DNA of 64,000 nucleotides from Patescibacteria group bacterium (GTDB lineage: Bacteria; Patescibacteriota; WWE3; UBA101185; UBA10185). The stretch spans positions 12,821 to 76,820 of the forward strand of contig JAFGOI010000008.1 of NCBI GenBank assembly GCA_016926555.1, written 5' to 3'. The position numbers were made by a program, and so were the translations under genes. Below, in pieces: positions 47,321-55,996 of this stretch (position 1 is its first letter; every line of letters begins with the position of its first letter). Below the pieces are notes generated by a model that saw only the letters and a list, made by a program, of their open reading frames with translations, was not told the DNA's origin and made no database searches.

Positions 47321-48232
47321 ATGCAAGTAAAAGTTGAAAAACAACCTAAATCGACAGTTAAACTTACTGTTACTATACCCTTGAAGGATGTGAAATCCGC
47401 ACGCGAAGAGGTTATTGAGGAACAAGCTAAAACTGCGAATATCCAAGGCTTCAGAAGGGGAATGGCGCCAAAGGAGATTGTAGAGGAAAAATTAGGCATA
47501 GAAAAAATAAAAGGACTGGTAATAAATAAGATTTTAAAAAAAGGTTATACACAAGCACTAAAGGAAAATCATATCGCTGCCATATCAAACCCGAAGGTTG
47601 AGATTAAGGAATTTGATATAAACAAGGATTTCGAATTTACAGCTTTGGTCGCAACAAGGCCGGATGTGAAACTGAAAGACTACAAAAAAAAGCTCAGAAA
47701 AAGATACGAAAACAAAGTTGAACAGACAAAAAAAGATCTTGAAAAGATAAACAAGGAAAAACTAGCAAAGGGCGAAAAACTTGCAGAAGCAAAGGCACAA
47801 CTGAGCACAAGTGATGTTCTAGAAATATTAAACGAAGAATCCGAAGTTGAAATTCCTGATCTACTAATCGAAGAAGAAACGGATAGAATGATGTCTAAAC
47901 TAATAGATCAGACACAAAATCTTGGCATGTCAATAGAACAGTACCTAAGAGCCCAAAACAAAACAGCCGACGAACTGCGGGAAGACTATAGACAGGTAGC
48001 TGAAAAAAGCATAAAAGCCGAATTTGTGCTGGGACATCTAACTCAAGAAGAAAAAGTAGACGCAACGGATGAGGAAATCTTAGAGACTTTTAAAACCGCT
48101 GGATTACCCGACGCAAAAGAAAGACTTAATAATCCTCTAGAAAAAGCTTATGTAAAAAGTATCCTCCAAAAAAATAAATTACTTACAAAATTAATGGAGG
48201 AAGCAGAAGGAGAACAAAAAGATGAGCATTAA
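47321..48232 (+). CDS. tig: Trigger factor, short form lacking the PPIase domain.
   Basis: N-terminal ribosome-binding domain (GFRRGMAPKEIVEEKLG corresponds to the GFRxGxxP motif). The C-terminal arm domain joins directly, and the total is only 303 aa. Followed by clpP as in the conserved tig-clpP arrangement. Confidence 0.75.
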   Translation: MQVKVEKQPKSTVKLTVTIPLKDVKSAREEVIEEQAKTANIQGFRRGMAPKEIVEEKLGIEKIKGLVINKILKKGYTQALKENHIAAISNPKVEIKEFDINKDFEFTALVATRPDVKLKDYKKKLRKRYENKVEQTKKDLEKINKEKLAKGEKLAEAKAQLSTSDVLEILNEESEVEIPDLLIEEETDRMMSKLIDQTQNLGMSIEQYLRAQNKTADELREDYRQVAEKSIKAEFVLGHLTQEEKVDATDEEILETFKTAGLPDAKERLNNPLEKAYVKSILQKNKLLTKLMEEAEGEQKDEH

Positions 48233-48845
48233 CCAAACTTTAGTACCAATTGTCGTAGAAAAAGAACCGGGTGGTTTTGAAAGATCTTACGATATTTACT
48301 CAAGACTACTCAAAGACTTTATTGTATTTGTTACAGGACAGGTCGATATGGAAATGGCCAACACTTTTATTGCCCAAATGCTTTTTCTGGAAAGCCAGAA
48401 CCCTGAAAGAGACATAAGTGTTTATATAAACTCACCCGGAGGAGTAGCCTATGCTGGAAGAGCAATGTATGACACCGTAAAACATGTGAAAAACCCTGTT
48501 AGAACAATAAATGTGGGCTTAGCAGCATCAGCAGCCGCATTGATCTTGGGCTCCGGCACAAAAGGAAAAAGGTTTTCTTTGCCGGGATCATATACAATGA
48601 TTCATCAGGTTCTGGGAGGCGTAGAAGGACAAGCAACCGATATTGAAATTACTGCTAATCACATGATAAGACTTAAGCACCAATATGCTGAATGTATAGC
48701 AAAAGATACAGGGCAGCCAGTCAAAAAAGTCCTTGATGATATTGAGAGGGACAATTGGATGGATGCAGAAGCTACACTAAAATATGGAATTGTAGATAAG
48801 ATTATGGATCCCAGGAAGAATGACGAGGGGAGAAAAGACAAATAG
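48222..48845 (+). CDS. clpP: ATP-dependent Clp protease proteolytic subunit.
   Basis: RLLKDFIVFVTGQVDMEMANTFIAQMLFLESQNPERDISVYINSPGG and the rest of the catalytic triad regions. Confidence 0.9.
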   Translation: MSINQTLVPIVVEKEPGGFERSYDIYSRLLKDFIVFVTGQVDMEMANTFIAQMLFLESQNPERDISVYINSPGGVAYAGRAMYDTVKHVKNPVRTINVGLAASAAALILGSGTKGKRFSLPGSYTMIHQVLGGVEGQATDIEITANHMIRLKHQYAECIAKDTGQPVKKVLDDIERDNWMDAEATLKYGIVDKIMDPRKNDEGRKDK

Positions 48846-48894
48846 AGAAATATTGTTGAGCCCGAAAAAGTTTTGATTTATATTTCTACTGCTA

Positions 48895-48971
48895 GACCGG
48901 GTAGCTCAGTTGGTTAGAGCGCCACGTTGACATCGTGGAGGTCACAGGTTCGAGTCCTGTCTCGGTCACCA
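48895..48971 (+). tRNA. tRNA-Val (anticodon GAC).
   Basis: Acceptor GACCGGG/CTCGGTC (one G-U pair), anticodon loop TTGACAT, T-loop GGTTCGAGTCC, CCA encoded. Confidence 0.85.
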
Positions 48972-49139
48972 GAGAAAGGTGTATATCACCTTTAGGTGAT
49001 AGACAGCTCTCTAGTGAGAGAGACTGGACGAGAATAATTCGGACTGAGTGACCCCGAGTATTCGAGGGAACGAGGGAGAGGGGGTTGCGTGCTTTTGTAT
49101 GTTACGAACGAAGAGAGTTACAGACAAAAGACATGTAAC

Positions 49140-49160
49140 CGAGTCCTGTCTCGGTCACCA
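49140..49160 (+). repeat. 21-bp direct repeat CGAGTCCTGTCTCGGTCACCA, identical to the tRNA-Val 3' end (48951-48971). Att-like duplication.
   Basis: Exact copy read in the sequence 169 bp downstream of the tRNA. The intervening 168 bp is GC-rich and contains small hairpins. Confidence 0.7.
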
Positions 49161-49186
49161 TGAACAGGTAACCATAGAAAAGAAAG

Positions 49187-50686
49187 CTAACTAACCCATG
49201 CCAGTATTAAATCCTCAGTAACAGCTTCATGTTCTTGTGAATTTTCAAGATAACTTTCCCAAGCCAGCAAATGCTTTTTTAGTCTTTTACTTAAATACAA
49301 CTTAGAAGTTGCCTCATTATGCCGATATTCCTTGCCTTGGGAGTATGACTGAACAAACCTAGTTATACAATGAGTGCTCACAGCACTTAAGGTGGTACCC
49401 GATTCAGCCGGACTTACAGCTTCACTGGCATCTTCAGGATTGTCCATAGCATCCAGCTCTGCTACTTCCATTTGAATTACTTCAAAATCCTCAGTCTTCT
49501 TGATAATTTTGGGGCTTTCATAATCCTTTTTAATCAATTTGGCATTTACCCAAGCTACATATTCCCTAACATAATCGACCCGTTCCTCTTGCGGCATATC
49601 CTCTAAAACAGGTACTAATTCCGATAATATAGTAGCTTCAGCTTCACCTAATTTTTCATGGGCCACTCTTTCCTGAATTCTTGCGCGCTTGATATCTTCG
49701 TAGACTTCTTCAGCCATATCCCAAATCTCACCTGAAGAAAACGGAGATTGTTGTATATTTACTGTTCTAAACAAATCAATATAGTTATAAAGCACACGCT
49801 GTTCTTCTTCCTCGCTTAATGCCGCGCCATAAGAAGTCTCAAAGTTATCCTGTCCAAGAAGATTTCTGAGTTTTGCTACCTCAGCTCCTAAAACAGAATC
49901 AGATCGGATCAACTCCTTATACCGATCAAACGAGTCTAATCGTCTGAGAACACTTAAATCCGGTATTTCCCGATTTGCGGGTAACACAAGTACTTGTTCT
50001 AGATCGTCCGCAACACTGAGATAAATCTGTTCTTGTTCTACTGCCATTTCCGCGCTTAATACCCGATCTAATCCCACCCGCGCTAATCCTTCCGGAGACA
50101 TTTCATTTAATGCGTTTACAATTTGCCTCACGCCATAGCGCGCGCCTCGGTCTTCACTTAACTGCTTGAACGCTCTTCTGCTGAGCAAACCCAACTTTGC
50201 CTCTTTAATACCAGTTACTTCTCTCACACCCGCCTCATTAAGTCCAACTTCAGCCACATCCGGATCTCTTAATCTCTCAAGATTCCCGGATAATCCGTAT
50301 TTACGCGGTTCGTGAAAAATCCTAACTATAGTCTCTGACAGTTCGCGCTGATCAGTCTCCGCGATTTCCGAACCAGACATAATTAGAGCTTCAAATAAAT
50401 ATCCCGCGACATAAGCTTTTTCAAATGGTTCGGTCGAGGGTCTTTTTTCATCCGGATTAAACTTCTCGAAATTTACCCATGCCTGCTGAATATCCTGCTG
50501 CATTCTGTCAATAAAATCTACATGTAATCTCTCTAATGCCGTTCTTTTCTCTGTAGCACTTTCAAGTCCTCCACCACCAGCCAAAGACTCTAAAATGTCC
50601 ATATATTTATCGACATCAAGACCAGCAGTATCCTCATTCTGACGAGGTTCATCTCTGGGGAACATATCATTATAAAATCCACTCAT
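49187..50686 (-). CDS. Hypothetical acidic protein (499 aa) of atypical composition (about 44% GC).
   Basis: Long ORF, no transmembrane segment, no recognised motif. GC sampled 42-47% against a genome background of about 33%. Confidence 0.5.
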   Translation of the reverse strand: MSGFYNDMFPRDEPRQNEDTAGLDVDKYMDILESLAGGGGLESATEKRTALERLHVDFIDRMQQDIQQAWVNFEKFNPDEKRPSTEPFEKAYVAGYLFEALIMSGSEIAETDQRELSETIVRIFHEPRKYGLSGNLERLRDPDVAEVGLNEAGVREVTGIKEAKLGLLSRRAFKQLSEDRGARYGVRQIVNALNEMSPEGLARVGLDRVLSAEMAVEQEQIYLSVADDLEQVLVLPANREIPDLSVLRRLDSFDRYKELIRSDSVLGAEVAKLRNLLGQDNFETSYGAALSEEEEQRVLYNYIDLFRTVNIQQSPFSSGEIWDMAEEVYEDIKRARIQERVAHEKLGEAEATILSELVPVLEDMPQEERVDYVREYVAWVNAKLIKKDYESPKIIKKTEDFEVIQMEVAELDAMDNPEDASEAVSPAESGTTLSAVSTHCITRFVQSYSQGKEYRHNEATSKLYLSKRLKKHLLAWESYLENSQEHEAVTEDLILAWVS

Positions 50687-50744
50687 AAAAAAATTATATT
50701 ATGTCAAGTTGAAAATAACAAAAATATAATATATCATCCTCACG

Positions 50745-51269
50745 ATGACCTATAATATACCAGACTACAAAAGGGCAGTAATTGAGGCTGAAAAAATCCT
50801 AGATGAACTTGGATATGATGAGCCACCTGTATCACCACTGGAGATCGCTGAATATATTGGGCTTTCAGTTGTTCAAAATGTAAGTCTACAGTTACCAACT
50901 CCAACTTATATAGAAAACAAAAGGGAAATCGCTGCCAGGCTGGACGGACTTAATAAAACAATCTTTGTGAATACACAACAGCCCCCTAAAAACATGATAT
51001 TTGCAATAGCTCACCAAGTAGGTTACTTCGTGCTTAACAAGCAAAAAGTTGTAACAGATATCAATTCTGTTCGACCATTATTAAGAGGCAAAGAATTATT
51101 AAACCCAAACATAGATGAAATGAAAGAGGCTTACCATTTTGCGGCTAATCTGATGGTGCCATTTGATATGCTAAAAAAATATCGGAAAGAGTCAAATTCT
51201 GTGCTATCTACTATTTTTACGGTTCCCGTTACGGTAATTAATTATCAATTACAGGAGTTCCGAAAATGA
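50745..51269 (+). CDS. ImmA/IrrE-family (DUF955) metallopeptidase-like protein with a degenerate zinc motif (HQVGY instead of HExxH).
   Basis: PLEIAEYIGLSVV..., IFVNTQQPPKNMIFAIAHQVGYFVLN aligns to the ImmA HELGH region, and AANLMVPFDML aligns to the C-terminal helix. Confidence 0.45.
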   Translation: MTYNIPDYKRAVIEAEKILDELGYDEPPVSPLEIAEYIGLSVVQNVSLQLPTPTYIENKREIAARLDGLNKTIFVNTQQPPKNMIFAIAHQVGYFVLNKQKVVTDINSVRPLLRGKELLNPNIDEMKEAYHFAANLMVPFDMLKKYRKESNSVLSTIFTVPVTVINYQLQEFRK

Positions 51270-51586
51270 TCCAACACGACAACAAGGATATTAAAGAAGT
51301 AATAAGTGACATTACTATTGAATCTCAAAAAAAGCAGCTTGAGATAAGAGAAAAGGAAGAAGTTTTGGAAATGAGACGTAAATGGGCAAATTTCTTTAAG
51401 GGAATCGTGTTAGTTATACTTTTTTTTGAAATCATTATCACATTTTTAGTCGGCTCAAATCTTATGGTTTTTGAAGATGAGTGGTTCTTAAGGATTATTA
51501 TCACAGGGGGATTTGCACAAATAATGGTAATGCCTTTCACACTAACTAAATTTTTATTTAACGTTGAAAACAAAGATACAAAGTAA
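51266..51586 (+). CDS. Small membrane protein (106 aa), translationally coupled (ATGA) to the ImmA-like gene.
   Basis: Charged N-terminus and two hydrophobic helices. Confidence 0.4.
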   Translation: MIQHDNKDIKEVISDITIESQKKQLEIREKEEVLEMRRKWANFFKGIVLVILFFEIIITFLVGSNLMVFEDEWFLRIIITGGFAQIMVMPFTLTKFLFNVENKDTK

Positions 51587-51676
51587 AATAAACTAACGAC
51601 CTTCTATTGTCCTTTATCCAGCTACAATGCGGATACTCTCTTGCTATATGAAACCTAATATCATAATATTACTTAT

Positions 51677-54073
51677 ATGCCCGTTCAAGAAAGCATAAGT
51701 TCATTGGCTTCCAATTATCCTGGACCGGGTACCCCAGGATACGAACTTGTACCTCCACCTCTTCCAGTAGGAGATCCTCAAAAAGAACAACCTGGCGTGC
51801 GCAGAGAACTCCCAGCAGACGTGCAAGGAATCATTGATGCAACCGGACTTGAAGTACGTGATGCGGAGATAATGCCTACGGGCATATCCCAAACCCCCGC
51901 AGAATCGCGGGAACAACCCGTAAGTCTTCTTCATAGGATTAAACAGCAAGAACGTAAGGCCATGGAACAGGCTAAGGCCCCCACAGAGCAAGAGAGACAA
52001 GCTTTACAAAATGCACGTCTTGCAGGTGAAGCTTTTCAATTAGTAGTCGATAAATGGAGACGTGAGGGTGTTAGTACCACGTGGCTAGAAACTCTAAGAT
52101 TTGCTGATGTTCAATTCATAGTAGACCAGCTAAAAGAAATTGAGAGTCATGGAATTCATGTGAACGGAAATATTAGACAGGCTATTTCAGAAGGGGTACT
52201 CAATCTTCAAAATTCCGGTCCTTATTACTATCTGGCTGAAACACCTAATAAAGCTGCTGACCAGGCAGAACAACAAGCTCAAGACGAGAAACCAATTACG
52301 TTGGAGCAGTTCAATCAGACAGTAGCGGAACTAAAACTAAGAAGACAAGACGAATTAGCCGCTATAAACGGGGAATTGGCGGAAGATGGAGTATCAGGAT
52401 ATGACGCCATAAAAAGTCTATGCAGAAACACTTCACTGAAAGCCGGTCTAGAACTAGATCCTCTGGTTATACAATTAAGTAACAAACCCGAACTATACGG
52501 AGCGCTTAAACATTCTGTTGAAGAAACAATATGGAATGGTATGGAAAAATCTGGATTCCTTAAAATACCTGACGACAAGGATGGAATCTGGCGACGGAAA
52601 CTAGAACTGGGCGCAAAAATATCTCGGGCAAAATATACGACACTGCGTGAACAGCTTGAAGATGCTGATGTGATGGAACTCCCTCCTGGAACTCAATATT
52701 ATTTAGCTGCTGAAGCATTAGGTGAAGATATTAGGAGGATAAGAGAAACAAGTGATTTCGGGCCACTTCGACAAATTGCGAGACACGCCCTTAACTGGGT
52801 ACACGAAAGAGATGAATTCGCAGGAATTGATGCAGAACGAGGAGTATACAACGGAGAAGCAATAACTAGAATAGCCACGGCATCGAATATGCCTCATTTA
52901 TTCCCAGGTGTTGCTCAACATAGGATTGATGCACAGAAACCGCCAGGAGTATATAAAAGAGCATTCGTGGATATATACAATGATGGTAGCGCGTGGCAGA
53001 CTCAGGCAGAAAAACAAACCCGATCAACGGATCCCAGCATAGAAACAACACAGACTTGGGCAGCCCAGCTTCAGGAAATGAGACAACTAGTCGAGCTAAC
53101 AGCGGGCACTCCTGAGGAGGCTATAGAAACCTTAGCCCAAATTGAGGTCCTGGAAGCATTAGCATTTGCATTGGAACAAGTCCAAGTTGCTGACATGGAA
53201 AAAAAGATAGAGGAGAGAAGAGCAATATTTAAACAAGCATTAGGTGACGGATATGGGTGGTTTGACGCAGATTCCGCAGAGAACACAATGAACGAGGCAC
53301 TAAACAGATGCAGACCTCCTAATACACACAACCTCGAACTACTTTTTATGAACCCTGCAGACACAAATGAGCGCGGTCAATCAGAAATACTAGTTGACTC
53401 TGAAACTATTCGAAACAGAGTTGAGAGCCACTTTGGCACTTTATATGGTGGTCGAGAAAGCGCAACTTTCCGAGAACTGGGTATACATCTTGGGGATCAG
53501 TTTTTTGAAAACGTACCCCTCTTACTAAATATTCTAATTGAGGGAGGTATGTCCCCCACACAATCAGAGGAACTAGTAACTTATATGTTAATACAACACT
53601 TTGAGGCTGAAGCTCAAAGCCATAGAATGGGCCAGGAGCAAATGCAAAGTGCAACAATAGCAGCAGATTTAGGAAAAGTCAGAGGTTTATTCGATGAAAT
53701 TCAAAAAGAAGCTGAAGAGGGAACTCCGCCTGAACAAATACGTGCCGGTAGAGGAATGCACACTGTTCTAGACCTATCCGAGGAACGATGGACACAAGCT
53801 AAAGAAACCATTGCTCTACTTATTACTAAAGCGGAAGCTGCTAATACGAGACGTTGTGAACAGGCATTGGAACAGATGGAAGAGGCACGTGGGCAAATAG
53901 CTAGGGAATCAGAAACCCCGCAAACTACTGAAGCGGACACAGTTAACACTAGATTATCCGCCGTCCTAGAAAGAATTTCACCTGAGCGACTAAATTATGC
54001 TTTAGGACCAGCAGGATGGCTAGCTGCGCGAGAAGAGGAAAAGATAGCAAAAGAACAAAATGAGCTAACCTAA
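51677..54073 (+). CDS. Large hypothetical soluble acidic protein (798 aa) of atypical composition (about 47% GC).
   Basis: Long ORF without transmembrane segments or recognisable catalytic motifs. Glu/Gln/Ala-rich. Confidence 0.55.
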   Translation: MPVQESISSLASNYPGPGTPGYELVPPPLPVGDPQKEQPGVRRELPADVQGIIDATGLEVRDAEIMPTGISQTPAESREQPVSLLHRIKQQERKAMEQAKAPTEQERQALQNARLAGEAFQLVVDKWRREGVSTTWLETLRFADVQFIVDQLKEIESHGIHVNGNIRQAISEGVLNLQNSGPYYYLAETPNKAADQAEQQAQDEKPITLEQFNQTVAELKLRRQDELAAINGELAEDGVSGYDAIKSLCRNTSLKAGLELDPLVIQLSNKPELYGALKHSVEETIWNGMEKSGFLKIPDDKDGIWRRKLELGAKISRAKYTTLREQLEDADVMELPPGTQYYLAAEALGEDIRRIRETSDFGPLRQIARHALNWVHERDEFAGIDAERGVYNGEAITRIATASNMPHLFPGVAQHRIDAQKPPGVYKRAFVDIYNDGSAWQTQAEKQTRSTDPSIETTQTWAAQLQEMRQLVELTAGTPEEAIETLAQIEVLEALAFALEQVQVADMEKKIEERRAIFKQALGDGYGWFDADSAENTMNEALNRCRPPNTHNLELLFMNPADTNERGQSEILVDSETIRNRVESHFGTLYGGRESATFRELGIHLGDQFFENVPLLLNILIEGGMSPTQSEELVTYMLIQHFEAEAQSHRMGQEQMQSATIAADLGKVRGLFDEIQKEAEEGTPPEQIRAGRGMHTVLDLSEERWTQAKETIALLITKAEAANTRRCEQALEQMEEARGQIARESETPQTTEADTVNTRLSAVLERISPERLNYALGPAGWLAAREEEKIAKEQNELT

Positions 54074-54121
54074 CCCAAAATCTACTGCACCATAATCTCA
54101 TTCAAATGTTATTATGTTTAT

Positions 54122-55042
54122 GTGAAATCTGCCTCTTTTTATATTAAAACTGTATGTGTATCTTTATCGCTTTTTATAGAATCCTATATTCTTCTTCAGC
54201 TCATTTATGACTTGGTTTCATTTCACAACAATATAGAATTTGCTCTTGATATAGCAATAAAAGTTATACTCGTTATGCTACTTCTTATCTATACCTTTTC
54301 ACTAAGTATTGGCGCGTGGTATAAGTGGGAGCAATATATAATGGTGATAATTCCTATAATATTAGCCATATTTATTAAACTATTTATTTCAAACTCCAAA
54401 TATATACTTTCAACGTGCTGTATTGCTACTTTGCTGCTTGCATATGAAATTAGAAAATCCACTAGACTCAAAAACCTTTTAATAAAAGTCGATCCTAAAA
54501 TTATTATGAGATTTTCAGCAAAGAGTCTTTTGCTTCTTTTCTGTATTCTTGGCGGAATCATCAGTCTTATTGATCCAGATATGAAAAAAAGCTTTGATTT
54601 AGGAGAAAGAGTAGCAGAACTGTCGGGAAAACATGTCGAAAAATATTTAGACAAACAAATCTCGGAGCAAATACTGGAACAGGACTACGATGTAATAGAA
54701 GATGGCGGAACTGTTGTTTCTGAAGGCTATGAAATACCGGCGAAAGCCGAAATTTATGATGGATTTTATATTGACCTCCGTGAACTTTACGAAGATAAAG
54801 AACCTACTCAAGAACAACTAAAGTCTTTCATAAGCAGAAAAGTAAACGAAGCGACAGAACAGTATAAAGAGTTCTTTCAACCAATACTATCCTTGGTAAC
54901 ATTTAGTGTATTGCAAATATACGCCCTGATAGCTTTTTTCCTGTATGGACTAACGATAGATTTAATATTCTGGACTGCAAAAAGACTAAAATTAGTACAT
55001 ATACATACGGAAAATGTTGAGAAAGAAAATCTTATATTTTAA
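54122..55042 (+). CDS. Hypothetical polytopic membrane protein (native low-GC composition).
   Basis: ORF with several transmembrane helices. The start is uncertain. Confidence 0.4.
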   Translation: MKSASFYIKTVCVSLSLFIESYILLQLIYDLVSFHNNIEFALDIAIKVILVMLLLIYTFSLSIGAWYKWEQYIMVIIPIILAIFIKLFISNSKYILSTCCIATLLLAYEIRKSTRLKNLLIKVDPKIIMRFSAKSLLLLFCILGGIISLIDPDMKKSFDLGERVAELSGKHVEKYLDKQISEQILEQDYDVIEDGGTVVSEGYEIPAKAEIYDGFYIDLRELYEDKEPTQEQLKSFISRKVNEATEQYKEFFQPILSLVTFSVLQIYALIAFFLYGLTIDLIFWTAKRLKLVHIHTENVEKENLIF

Positions 55043-55712
55043 GTTCTGATACTTTCACTGCTTTTTCTAAAGTATATTCTCCAATTCGCGTTCGCACTAA
55101 ATCTACCAAAACTCCTCTTGTACCTAATTCATTGCCTAAATCAGCTGCTAACTGCCTGATGTAGCTTCCTGACGAGCACACAACTCTGCACTTTAAAACT
55201 GGCAAAGTTTTATTTCCTTTATTAGTCTCAAATTCCTTACTATAAACATCTAGAACATCAGACTCATATATATTTACTGTCTTTTTTTCCGGTTTGTATT
55301 CTCCCAATAGGTTTTTTCTCGCTTTTTTGTACAACGGCTTTCCTTTTACCTTTTTCGCTGAAAATTTGGGGATTTCCTGCTCAATTTCACCTTCATATTT
55401 ACTGAGCACTGCCGGAATTTCATTTCGTAACACTTCTTCCGTTACAAGGTTTTCACTCAGCACGGGTGTTTCTTCTAAATCAAGTGTTTCTGTAGAGGCG
55501 CCAAAAGCTATTTCTGCAACGTACTCCTTCTTCTGGTTCATTATTTCGCTTTGCTTCTTTGTATCTTTCTCCGTGAGAACTATAAGAACACCCTCCGCAA
55601 GCGGGTCAAGTGTTCCGGCGTGACCAGCTTTTTTTACTTTTAATAAGCTTTTAATTTTGGCGACAACGTCAAAACTCGTCCAGTTTTTTTGTTTGTAGAT
55701 ATTTAGAATCAT
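55032..55712 (-). CDS. truB: tRNA pseudouridine(55) synthase.
   Basis: KKAGHAGTLDPLAEGVLIV catalytic Asp motif. Confidence 0.85.
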   Translation of the reverse strand: MILNIYKQKNWTSFDVVAKIKSLLKVKKAGHAGTLDPLAEGVLIVLTEKDTKKQSEIMNQKKEYVAEIAFGASTETLDLEETPVLSENLVTEEVLRNEIPAVLSKYEGEIEQEIPKFSAKKVKGKPLYKKARKNLLGEYKPEKKTVNIYESDVLDVYSKEFETNKGNKTLPVLKCRVVCSSGSYIRQLAADLGNELGTRGVLVDLVRTRIGEYTLEKAVKVSELKI

Positions 55713-55996
55713 ATTCCGTATTATACTATTGCTATAATATTACCGAACACATACATACCCGTTAATATATAATCCACTTACAAAATCAGATCGGAGAGGT
55801 ATGTGATGATGGAAATAAACGAAAAATCTTGACCTCCCTTTAGGTTTATGAGATAAATTCATAGGTGATGTATTACATTTACGCATACAACACAACAACC
55901 ATGACAACAACCCCGTAAGGGGGAATTATTCTAATTAAACTTAATATTTTCTTTTCATTTAGACAAAAACAGGTAAAATTTAAAAAGGAGACTTAT

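Noticed and set aside
51701-53949. Several 60-100-aa minus-strand ORFs inside the 798-aa gene.
   Set aside because: They are a typical antisense ORF artefact in a higher-GC gene.
54074-55100. Third copy of the tRNA-Val 3' repeat bounding the foreign segment.
   Set aside because: Not found by eye, so the island end is undefined.
55713-55996. T-box or ThrRS-operator-like leader upstream of thrS.
   Set aside because: Only a short CCCC-GTAA-GGGG hairpin (55911-55922) was seen. There is no specifier or antiterminator architecture, which is insufficient evidence.
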